DNA from: Sediminibacterium sp.
Lineage (GTDB): Bacteria; Bacteroidota; Bacteroidia; Chitinophagales; Chitinophagaceae
NCBI GenBank assembly: GCA_027487895.1
Contig: JAIYCS010000018.1
Coordinates: forward strand, 37,995 to 101,994
Length of the DNA stretch: 64,000 nt
Direction: 5' to 3'
Position 1 is the first letter of the stretch. Each line of letters opens with the position of its first letter. A program made the position numbers and the translations under genes. The notes beneath the pieces are model-generated. The model saw nothing but the letters and a program-made list of their open reading frames with translations. It was not told the origin of the DNA and did no database searches. Below, piece by piece: positions 38,190 through 48,300 of the stretch.

Positions 38190-40121
38190 TTTTCCGTTTT
38201 TAATTTCGTCTACAACAGCTGGGTCTAATAGCGTACTTGTATCCCCTAAATTTTCTGTTTCACCTTCTGCAATTTTGCGCAGTATGCGGCGCATAATTTT
38301 TCCACTTCTTGTTTTTGGAAGCCCCGATACAAACTGAATTTTATCTGGTTTTGCTATAGCGCCAATAATGCGGGTAACGGTTTGTAAAATATCTTTTCTT
38401 ACGAGTTCGCCAGTACCATGTGTGTCCTGTGCATGCGAACCACTATAAATAACATAGGCATAAATACCTTGTCCTTTAACATCGTGCGGATATCCTACCA
38501 CAGCACTTTCTACCACACCTGCGTGCATGTTAATGGCGTTTTCAACTTCGGCAGTTCCAATTCTATGACCACTTACATTTAATACATCATCAACGCGTCC
38601 GGTAATTCTAAAAAATCCGTCTTTGTCTTTTAGTGCACCATCGCCGGTAAAATACATGTTCTCGTAGGTAGCAAAATAGTTGGTTCTACAACGCTCATGA
38701 TCTCCGTAAGTAGTGCGTAAAATAGATGGCCATGGCGATTTGATACATAGGTTTCCTGAAATCGTTTCGTCTCCTTCTGCAACTACTTCTTTACCATTTT
38801 CATCTACTAGTATCATTTCGAGACCTGGCATGGGAAGTGTTGCCCAGCTTGGCTTTGAAGGTGTAATACCTGCTAAATTTGAAATTAAACAACCACCGGT
38901 TTCTGTTTGCCACCAAGTGTCTACAATAGGGCAGCGGCCCTTGCCTACGTTTTGATCATACCAGTGCCATGCTTCTTCGTTGATAGGTTCACCAACCGTT
39001 CCTAGTACTTCTAAAGAAGATAATTTTTTTCCTTGTAATGGGCCTAAACCAAATCCCATTAAAGATCTAATAGCAGTAGGCGCCGTATATAAAATATTGA
39101 CTTTGTATTTATCTACTACATCCCAAAATCTTCCAGCATCAGGCCAGGTAGGAATCCCTTCAAATAATAAAGTGGTAGCGCCGGCGCTTAATGGTCCGTA
39201 AACAATATAACTGTGTCCAGTTATCCAACCAATATCTGCGGTACAAAAATGTATTTGACCTGGCTTGTACTGAAATACATTTACAAAAGTGTAGTTGGTA
39301 AAAACCATATAACCACCACAAGTGTGTACCACACCTTTTGGTTTTCCGGTAGAGCCAGAAGTATATAAAATAAAGAGTGGATCTTCGGCGTCCATTTCTT
39401 CGGCTTCAATAAAAGTGATTCCTTTTTCTTCCACTTGTTTCATTTCATCTTCCCACCACAAATCGCGTCCTTTAATCATAGAAACCGGGGTACGTGTGCG
39501 GGTTGCAACAATTACTCGCTTAACGGTTTTATTGCCAATGAGCGCATCATCAATTACGGATTTTAAAGGGATGTCTTTGGCGCCTCTAAATGCTCCATCA
39601 CAAGTAACAATATAGGTTGCGTTCGCGTCTAGTAAACGGTCTGCAATACTTTGTGCCGAAAATCCACCAAACACCACAGAGTGAATGGCGCCAATACGTG
39701 CACAAGCAAGCACCGCAATAGCAAGTTCTGGAATCATACCCATGTAAATACATACACGGTCTCCTCTTTGAACGCCATTGTTTTTAAGTACCTGTGCAAA
39801 CTGACAAACTTTTTCAAGGAGTTTACTATAGGTGAGTACACGACCCGCTTCGTCTGGTGCATTGGGCTCCCAAATCATAGCTGGTAAATGTCCTTTGGTA
39901 GGAATATGTCTATCCAAACAGTTTTCGGTAATATTTAATTTGCCGCCTTTAAACCATTCTACTTTTGGTTCTTTAAAATTCCATTCGAGCGCCGTATCCC
40001 ATTTTTTACGCCATGTAAAATGATTGGCAACATCACTCCAAAATGCAGCGGGGTCTTCAATACTTTTTTTGTAGGCTTCTTTATAGGCATCAAAGCTAGT
40101 AAGCTGATACGGATAGTTCAT
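38184..40121 (-). CDS. acs: acetyl-CoA synthetase (AMP-forming)
   Basis: YTSGSTGKPKG AMP-binding motif and full Acs-like blocks (WWQTETGG, SGKIMRRILRKIA). ATG at 40121 preferred. Confidence 0.95.
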   Translation of the reverse strand: MNYPYQLTSFDAYKEAYKKSIEDPAAFWSDVANHFTWRKKWDTALEWNFKEPKVEWFKGGKLNITENCLDRHIPTKGHLPAMIWEPNAPDEAGRVLTYSKLLEKVCQFAQVLKNNGVQRGDRVCIYMGMIPELAIAVLACARIGAIHSVVFGGFSAQSIADRLLDANATYIVTCDGAFRGAKDIPLKSVIDDALIGNKTVKRVIVATRTRTPVSMIKGRDLWWEDEMKQVEEKGITFIEAEEMDAEDPLFILYTSGSTGKPKGVVHTCGGYMVFTNYTFVNVFQYKPGQIHFCTADIGWITGHSYIVYGPLSAGATTLLFEGIPTWPDAGRFWDVVDKYKVNILYTAPTAIRSLMGFGLGPLQGKKLSSLEVLGTVGEPINEEAWHWYDQNVGKGRCPIVDTWWQTETGGCLISNLAGITPSKPSWATLPMPGLEMILVDENGKEVVAEGDETISGNLCIKSPWPSILRTTYGDHERCRTNYFATYENMYFTGDGALKDKDGFFRITGRVDDVLNVSGHRIGTAEVENAINMHAGVVESAVVGYPHDVKGQGIYAYVIYSGSHAQDTHGTGELVRKDILQTVTRIIGAIAKPDKIQFVSGLPKTRSGKIMRRILRKIAEGETENLGDTSTLLDPAVVDEIKNGKL

Positions 40122-40275
40122 GGCGTGTCGTTTGAGGGTATAAATATACGGCACTAACTATTTTATCTTTCATTTATTAGGCAAAGATTTAATGAACAGT
40201 TGTTCGTGTATACGCCCAAAAAAATTGGAAAAATCCATTCAATAACGTAAGTTGTTGCTACAATTTGCGCCAACC

Positions 40276-41802
40276 ATGAAAAAAGAAAATAAAATTTGGC
40301 AGGTTATTACGGCTTCATCACTTGGTACATTAATTGAGTGGTACGACTTTTACATTTTTGGAAGCCTAGCCACCGTTATTGCCGGTCAATTTTTTCCTAA
40401 AACCAATCCAACGGCGGCGCTACTTTCTACCCTTGCCACATTTGCAGCCGGTTTTATTGTAAGACCTTTTGGGGCACTAGTATTTGGAAGACTAGGTGAT
40501 TTAGTAGGCCGTAAGTATACTTTTTTATTAACCCTTGTTTTAATGGGTGGATCCACGTTTGCCATTGGGCTTGTGCCTAGTTATGAGACTATTGGTTTTG
40601 CTGCGCCCATTATTGTATTAACGCTTCGTTTGTTGCAGGGCCTTGCGCTTGGCGGCGAATACGGTGGCGCTGCAACCTATGTGGCAGAGCATGCACCAGC
40701 AGGGAAGCGGGGTTATTATACTTCATGGATTCAAACAACGGCAACGCTCGGTTTATTTGTTTCATTAAGTGTTATTTTATTTACGCGCCATAGCTTAGAT
40801 ATTGACCCCGCTGTTTCGATCGCAAAATTTAATGCATGGGGTTGGCGTATTCCATTTTTATTTTCTATTGTACTTGTGGGCGTTTCTATTTATATCCGTT
40901 TAAAAATGCAGGAGTCGCCGCTGTTTAGCAAATTAAAATCTGAAGGTGCTATTTCTGTAAATCCTTTAAAGGAAAGCTTTGGAAACAAAGAAAATTTAAA
41001 GATGGTTTTACTCGCACTTTTTGGTGCAACCATGGGTCAGGGCGTAGTGTGGTACACCGGTCAGTTTTACGCGCAATCATTTATTGAAAATGTTTGTAAA
41101 ATAGATTTTGATCAGTCACGAACCATTTTAATTTGGGCTATTTTATTTGGCACGCCACTATTTGTGGTATTTGGTTCTTGGAGTGATAAGATCGGTAGAA
41201 AATGGATTATGCTTGCTGGTATGTTTTTTGCCGTTATCACTTATAATCCTTTGTTTAAAGGGCTTTTAGATCTTTCCGATACGGCTACAAAAACAGAAGT
41301 GGTAGCTGCAGCTACCACAAAAACAAATTCGGTAGCGATACCAAATACACAAGATTTCGTGAGAGCTGTAACATCAAAAAAATCATTTACTGATGGTACA
41401 GAACTAACCACAATTACCACCGATACTTTATATTCGAACCCTGCACAAACAACTGTAAAACCGGTTCTTAAAATAAGTAAAGTACTTGCTAATGGTGTGT
41501 ATTGGAAAATGGTTTTAATTGTATTTATTATGATTGTATATGTGACCATGGTATACGGGCCCATCGCAGCATTTTTAGTAGAATTATTCCCTACAAAAAT
41601 TAGGTATACATCCATGTCATTACCGTATCATATTGGTAATGGTGTGTTTGGCGGCCTCACGCCTTTTATTGCAACCTTATTAACCACCATGTATACAGCA
41701 GATGCGCTTGCAGGATTACAGTATCCCATTATTGTTGCCACTGTTTCTGTGATTATTGGAACACTTTATTTGGACTCAAAAATTAATACCAAACACGATT
41801 AA
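40276..41802 (+). CDS. MFS transporter, metabolite:H+ symporter (MHS) type, with a large loop insertion
   Basis: 12 predicted TM spans. GRLGDLVGRK motif between TM2 and TM3, and LQGLALGGEYGGA in TM4. A Thr-rich insertion of about 78 aa lies between TM9 and TM10. Confidence 0.85.
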   Translation: MKKENKIWQVITASSLGTLIEWYDFYIFGSLATVIAGQFFPKTNPTAALLSTLATFAAGFIVRPFGALVFGRLGDLVGRKYTFLLTLVLMGGSTFAIGLVPSYETIGFAAPIIVLTLRLLQGLALGGEYGGAATYVAEHAPAGKRGYYTSWIQTTATLGLFVSLSVILFTRHSLDIDPAVSIAKFNAWGWRIPFLFSIVLVGVSIYIRLKMQESPLFSKLKSEGAISVNPLKESFGNKENLKMVLLALFGATMGQGVVWYTGQFYAQSFIENVCKIDFDQSRTILIWAILFGTPLFVVFGSWSDKIGRKWIMLAGMFFAVITYNPLFKGLLDLSDTATKTEVVAAATTKTNSVAIPNTQDFVRAVTSKKSFTDGTELTTITTDTLYSNPAQTTVKPVLKISKVLANGVYWKMVLIVFIMIVYVTMVYGPIAAFLVELFPTKIRYTSMSLPYHIGNGVFGGLTPFIATLLTTMYTADALAGLQYPIIVATVSVIIGTLYLDSKINTKHD

Positions 41803-41812
41803 AATACTTGTC

Positions 41813-42028
41813 ATGAATCAAATAAAAAAACTAGCTGGCATCATTTGGTTATTATTAGGTCCTGCAAGCATTTATTTTATTGTGCGAGCAGCTTTGCATG
41901 AAATTGCTACCAAGCCAGGCATCGATACAGTGATACAGTGGGGTGTTTTTGTAGTGATATTTATTCCAATAGCCATTGGCATGAGTATTTTTGGATTTTA
42001 TGCTATCAAAGGAGAATACAATCATTGA
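41813..42028 (+). CDS. small two-TM membrane protein, function unknown
   Basis: 71 aa from an ATG 11 nt after the MFS stop codon, with two hydrophobic spans. No family verified. Confidence 0.5.
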   Translation: MNQIKKLAGIIWLLLGPASIYFIVRAALHEIATKPGIDTVIQWGVFVVIFIPIAIGMSIFGFYAIKGEYNH

Positions 42029-42078
42029 TTTTATCGTTTGTTTAGGAAATTGAAGCGGCCCGCTCATAAAGGAATTGA

Positions 42079-42086
42079 TATCTTTG
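42079..42086 (+). promoter_or_regulatory. candidate -7 box (TAnnTTTG) 4 nt upstream of the ABC ATPase ATG
   Basis: TATCTTTG TAAT ATG, read directly. Confidence 0.35.
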
Positions 42087-42090
42087 TAAT

Positions 42091-42819
42091 ATGTCTATCG
42101 AGGTAAAAGAGGTAAGTAAAAACTACGGTACGCAAAAAGCGGTTCAATCTGTTAGCTTTTTTGTGGCTGCAGGTTCGGTGGTAGGTTTTTTAGGCTCAAA
42201 CGGAGCTGGTAAAAGCACCACTCTAAAAATGATAGCAGGCTATTTAACCCCTGATGCTGGTTCGATTTTGGTACATGGAATCGATGTTGTCAAAGATCCA
42301 ATTGCTGCTAAAAAGCATATAGGTTATTTAGCAGAAGCCAATCCGCTTTACTTTGACATGTACGTTAAAGAATATCTTTCTTTTATCGGAAAAGCACACA
42401 CGCTCACGGAGGTGTCAAATGCCGTGGCAAATTGTATTGAACTTACCGGCCTGGGCGCCGAATCACATAAAAAAATTGGACAGCTCTCAAAAGGCTACAA
42501 ACAGCGTGTAGGACTTGCCGCGGCGCTCATACATAACCCACAGGTCTTATTGTTAGACGAGCCTACATCAGGCCTGGATCCCAACCAAATTATTGAAATC
42601 AGAAACGTAATACAAGCGCAGGGTGCCGTTAAAACAGTGCTTTTTTCGTCACATATACTTCAAGAAGTAGAAGCCATTTGTGAGCGCGCTCTAATTTTAT
42701 CAAAAGGTCAAATTGTGGCCAACGATTTACTCTCTAATCTTCTGCACAATAAGAGTCAGAGCCTAGAATCTGTATTTAGGTCCCTAACAAGTGGCTTAGA
42801 AACGCCCATAATTACTTAA
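42091..42819 (+). CDS. ABC transporter ATP-binding protein (no adjacent permease)
   Basis: Walker A GSNGAGKST, signature LSKGYKQR and Walker B LLLDEP. Confidence 0.9.
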   Translation: MSIEVKEVSKNYGTQKAVQSVSFFVAAGSVVGFLGSNGAGKSTTLKMIAGYLTPDAGSILVHGIDVVKDPIAAKKHIGYLAEANPLYFDMYVKEYLSFIGKAHTLTEVSNAVANCIELTGLGAESHKKIGQLSKGYKQRVGLAAALIHNPQVLLLDEPTSGLDPNQIIEIRNVIQAQGAVKTVLFSSHILQEVEAICERALILSKGQIVANDLLSNLLHNKSQSLESVFRSLTSGLETPIIT

Positions 42820-42853
42820 ATTGCATCCTCAATACCCATCTAATCAATCATAA

Positions 42854-44161
<1,308 letters not shown>

Positions 44162-44171
44162 AATTTTGATT

Positions 44172-44474
44172 GTGAAAAAAGTAACATCCATACTTACCAA
44201 TAAGTACCTCATTGCAGGCTTGTTTTTTATTGTATGGATGTTATTTTTTGATCAACGAAATTATTTTCAGCAAAAGGAAACCTTGGGAGAACTGGACAAG
44301 CTGGAAACAAAAAAAAGATACTACGAAGAACAAATTGAAAAAGCCAAAGCCGAGCTTACTGATTTGCAAAACGATCCTGCGGCCCTCGAAAAATTTGCAC
44401 GTGAGCGTTACCTCATGAAGCGTGACGGAGAAGACGTTTACATTATCGAAGATTCTTTGGCAACCACAAAATAA
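44172..44474 (+). CDS. ftsB: septum formation initiator (FtsB/DivIC-like) protein
   Basis: N-terminal TM (LIAGLFFIVWMLFF), a coiled coil and ARERYLMKRDGEDVY. Conserved position after eno. No in-frame ATG before the TM, so the start is probably GTG 44172 or TTG 44166. Confidence 0.65.
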   Translation: MKKVTSILTNKYLIAGLFFIVWMLFFDQRNYFQQKETLGELDKLETKKRYYEEQIEKAKAELTDLQNDPAALEKFARERYLMKRDGEDVYIIEDSLATTK

Positions 44475-44502
44475 AGCTGGCCCTATCTCGTTTATAAGGG
44501 GT

Positions 44503-44730
44503 ATGGAACCGTTTAAAGAGGAAGATTTATTGTTGTACCTGTATAAGGAATGCCCCAAAGCTACTTATGATGCCATACAAGCTGCCTTAGAAGAAGGTTC
44601 TTATGAACTCGAAGAGCAGTTAAAAACCCTCCGTCGTTCCATTGCGCAGTTAAGCGCCCTCGAGCTTAAAAGACCTTCTCTTTTTTCGCTTAAAGCGGTT
44701 AAAAATTATTCTAAAAAAGGATTGGACTAG
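44503..44730 (+). CDS. small hypothetical protein (75 aa)
   Basis: ATG-initiated ORF filling the ftsB-nth gap, with a helical, charged sequence. No family recognised. Confidence 0.4.
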   Translation: MEPFKEEDLLLYLYKECPKATYDAIQAALEEGSYELEEQLKTLRRSIAQLSALELKRPSLFSLKAVKNYSKKGLD

Positions 44731-44737
44731 TTTTTCC

Positions 44738-45394
44738 ATGACTAAAAAAGAAAGATACGCCGGCGTCATTGCTTATTTTGAAGCGCAGGTCCCGATAGCG
44801 GAAACGGAGCTTTTGTACAATAACCCTTTTGAGTTACTCGTAGCTGTTATTTTATCTGCGCAGTGCACTGATAAACGCGTAAACCTCACAACCCCATCTA
44901 TTTTCGCAAAATTTCCGACGCCACAAAAAATGGCTAAGGCGAGTTTTGACGATATGTTTGCGCTCATTAAAAGTATTTCTTACCCAAGCAATAAGTCTAA
45001 ACATTTAATAGGCATGGCAGGTTTGCTCCTGTCTAAATTTGGTGGCGAAGTACCCATGACGGTAGACGAACTTGTGGAGCTCCCGGGCGTAGGTCGCAAA
45101 ACGGCTAACGTTATTACCAGTGTGATTGACCAGCAGCCCAATATGGCGGTAGATACCCATGTATTTAGGGTGAGTAAACGAATAGGATTGGTGTTGCAAA
45201 AAGCAAGTACGCCACTTGCCGTCGAAAAAGAATTGATTAAAAATATTCCTTCGGAGTTGGTTCACAAAGCGCACCACTGGCTCATATTACATGGCAGGTA
45301 TACCTGTTTAGCACGCTCACCAAAATGTGGCAGTTGTGGACTGCAAGCATACTGTAGGTATTATAACACCAAAGTATTAAAAGTCAAATCCTAG
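44738..45394 (+). CDS. nth: endonuclease III
   Basis: HhH-GPD block LPGVGRKTANV and a C-terminal 4Fe-4S ligand pattern CLARSPKCGSCGLQAYC. Confidence 0.93.
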   Translation: MTKKERYAGVIAYFEAQVPIAETELLYNNPFELLVAVILSAQCTDKRVNLTTPSIFAKFPTPQKMAKASFDDMFALIKSISYPSNKSKHLIGMAGLLLSKFGGEVPMTVDELVELPGVGRKTANVITSVIDQQPNMAVDTHVFRVSKRIGLVLQKASTPLAVEKELIKNIPSELVHKAHHWLILHGRYTCLARSPKCGSCGLQAYCRYYNTKVLKVKS

Positions 45395-48300
45395 AGAAAA
45401 GTAATACAAGGGCTTTCCCTTAAATACGCCCTTCATTGGCCAAGCTGCGTCTAGCTTCATGAAGTAGCCAAGTAAAGTACTTCTAACGCCAAAACCATAG
45501 CCGCCTGCAAAGGGTCCGAGACCACCCGCATCTAGTTTTACAACCACTGGTGAGTTGATATCAGTAATGACATCACCCGGACGTTTAATGCCGTTGTACT
45601 TGCCATTCCACGCAGTACCTAAATCTATAAATTGTGTGATTTGAAAATTACGTAAAAAGGCATTATTGATAGGTCTATTTAAAATGGTTGCAAAAAGTGG
45701 CAATCTAAATTCAGAATTTATTACAAACGCATTGTTACCGTTCGCAATATTTTGTTGATAGCCTCTCATGTTTACGGCCAAAGATTGGAAGGCGTAAGTT
45801 TGATCCTGTGCAGGGAAATTTTGACCATTAAACTTAGGATTGATCCAACTATCAACACCGCCTAGGTAGTAAATAATTTTTTGTCCGCCCCACGAAAAAT
45901 CTGCGGCAGCTCTACCCGCCCAAATAAAGTTTCGGTAAATTTTATAGTAATAGCGTGCGTCAAAACCTAGGTTAAGCGTAGCCTTACCATTGTTCATTTC
46001 TGTTTTTAGGGTTGGCATATTAATGTCAAAAAACACTTTGTAACGAAGGCCGTTCCAAATATTTTGTGTTGGATTGATGGTATTATCATGCACATACTCG
46101 ATGCGAGACACCACAAATTTACTAACCGTATCAGGGTATGCAAGTGCACCTGGATCTGGATAGCCAATGCTATTGTCGTAAGACTTTAAAATACCCCTAT
46201 CTACCCGAAGTCCAAAAGTGGCACGTAAACTTTTTACTTCATTAAAAGGGTATGCAACATTACCTTGGTATAAATTGGTAATAAGCATATTTGTATATGG
46301 AGAATTAAAGTAGTTGGTTACGTTGCTTCTGTAATAAGTAAAACCCCAATCCAGTCTTTTCTTAAAATTTTGGTAGCTAAAAATAATATCCTTGTCCTTT
46401 AAGTCCGTTCCAAAACGAATACCGCCCATAAACTTATGATCCTCTAGTAAATCAGAAGTACCAATTCTTAAATTAAAGTTGAAATTATTTCCATTGTTTA
46501 ATTGTATAGGGCCCGCACCACCTGCATAAGGCTGGTATCTATTGAGTAATAAATTATTTGAAAAACCACTTAAAATATAATCACTACTAAATTTAAGTCG
46601 GTAATCAAATAGCTTGGAATCGCTTAAAATGTTTTTTGCTTTAGCACTAAGTATTTCAGCTCTTTTTACAGAAAAACTATCTGTTGGCTCATCAGAAAAT
46701 TCTGATTGAAAAAGATTGGCCAACGACGAAGTGTCCTTGGTTTTTTTATACACAATCGCTTTGCCTTCCTCTGCTCTTATGTCGTCCATTACTTTTTTCA
46801 TGAAAGTAGTGGGCCTTAAATTAAGGTTTCGTTTTTTAAGTGCGATAGAGTCTACGCGTAATTTGTATAAGAATTTGTAATCGCCTTCGCGCCTAACTTC
46901 ACTTACCTGTCCCTTGTCACCCGCTATTCTGGTTTCCAATAATGAGCTTTGGTAATTGGTAATAGGGAATGTGTAGGTAGAGTCTTTGTATACTTGAAAA
47001 AAACTAATGCTGTCTGGCTTTTCTTTTTGCCATGCATTTAAGGTAGAGTCAATTTCTTTTGGTGAGGCGTTACGAAGCATATCATCACCAATATGATAAA
47101 GTGTATCTAGTCCATTTCTTTGTGTTGCAAAAAATCCAGCCCATCTATTACCAACACCGTTTTCGTCTGCAACAAAGGTAAAGTGGTTGGTATTGTAGCC
47201 CATAGGGTAGCTAGCATTACCGTATTTTAAGTTGGTTAGCTGTGTAATTTGTTTGTTTTTGCTGCTATTTAAATAGTCAACCATAAATACGTTGAAATGA
47301 TACCTGCTTGGTATAGCAGTATCTGCGCTAGGCGCGTATGGATTTGGCCTATTTGATGAAAATAAGATGCCCGATTTATTGGGAAAAGAAACAAAGCTTG
47401 GATGTAAATCGTCATAAACATCGTCTGTAAACTGCGTTAACTGGTTTTCTTCAATTTTATAGGTATAAATGTCGGTGTGGCCTTTGTTGACAGCACTCAT
47501 AACAACATTGTTGCCATCTAACATAAATGAGGCATCTAAAATTTGATCGATGCCGGCAATTTTTTGCTTGAATCTTTTGATGCGGGTCACTACGTCGTAA
47601 ACAAACATTTTTATGGAATTCTCTTCCGAATAAATCACGAGTAATTTGGTGCCTTTGTTGTCCCAAGCCATAATGGGATAATTTGGATTGATATCTCCTT
47701 GGTTGGTTCTCACGCCCGATTTTAGTAGCACACGCCCATCATAAAAATTTTCCATGAGCTTAACACTATATATGCCTCTGTTAAATTCTACAACTGCATA
47801 GTTGTTGCTTTTTGGATTTGGGTTGGCCTGAAATCTGAAATAATCTTTTTTAGAAACGTCTTCCGATATATTAAGTTGACCCTTTGGAGAATTTTTTCTT
47901 TGACGAATATCTTTTGCGTATTTATCTTGTTCATATTCCATGAACTCAGACAACACTTCTTTAAATTTCTTTTTACAAACCTTTAAAAAAGCACTATTTA
48001 AATTTTTATAAATCCTTGCTAAATAGAGTAGGTAAGTAATATTTTCTTTTCTATACTTGACGCCAATATAATGCCAAAAAGCATGTCCAGCAAGGGTTGG
48101 CTTGTCAAATGCAAACTGATAAAAGGTGTTGTACCTACCACTTAACATGGCACTTTTGAGTGCATCATCTTTTTCTACACTCCAGTTTTCGGCAGCATAC
48201 ATTACATAGCCATCGAGCATCCACTTTGGCAAATCAAGTAACGCTTGGTTGCTTGCAAATTCTCCAATATCTTCTCCAAATAATAAATTATCGGAAAGCA

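Noticed and set aside
42054-42064. GC-rich palindrome AGCGG-C-CCGCT after the 71-aa gene, considered as a terminator
   Set aside because: The stem is too short, there is a 1-nt loop, and no T-run follows.
44422-44502. Overlap of the ftsB-like ORF and the next ORF, considered as a possible frameshifted single gene
   Set aside because: The ftsB-like protein ends naturally after its conserved C-terminal block. The downstream ORF has its own ATG at 44503 after the ftsB stop, so no frameshift is needed.
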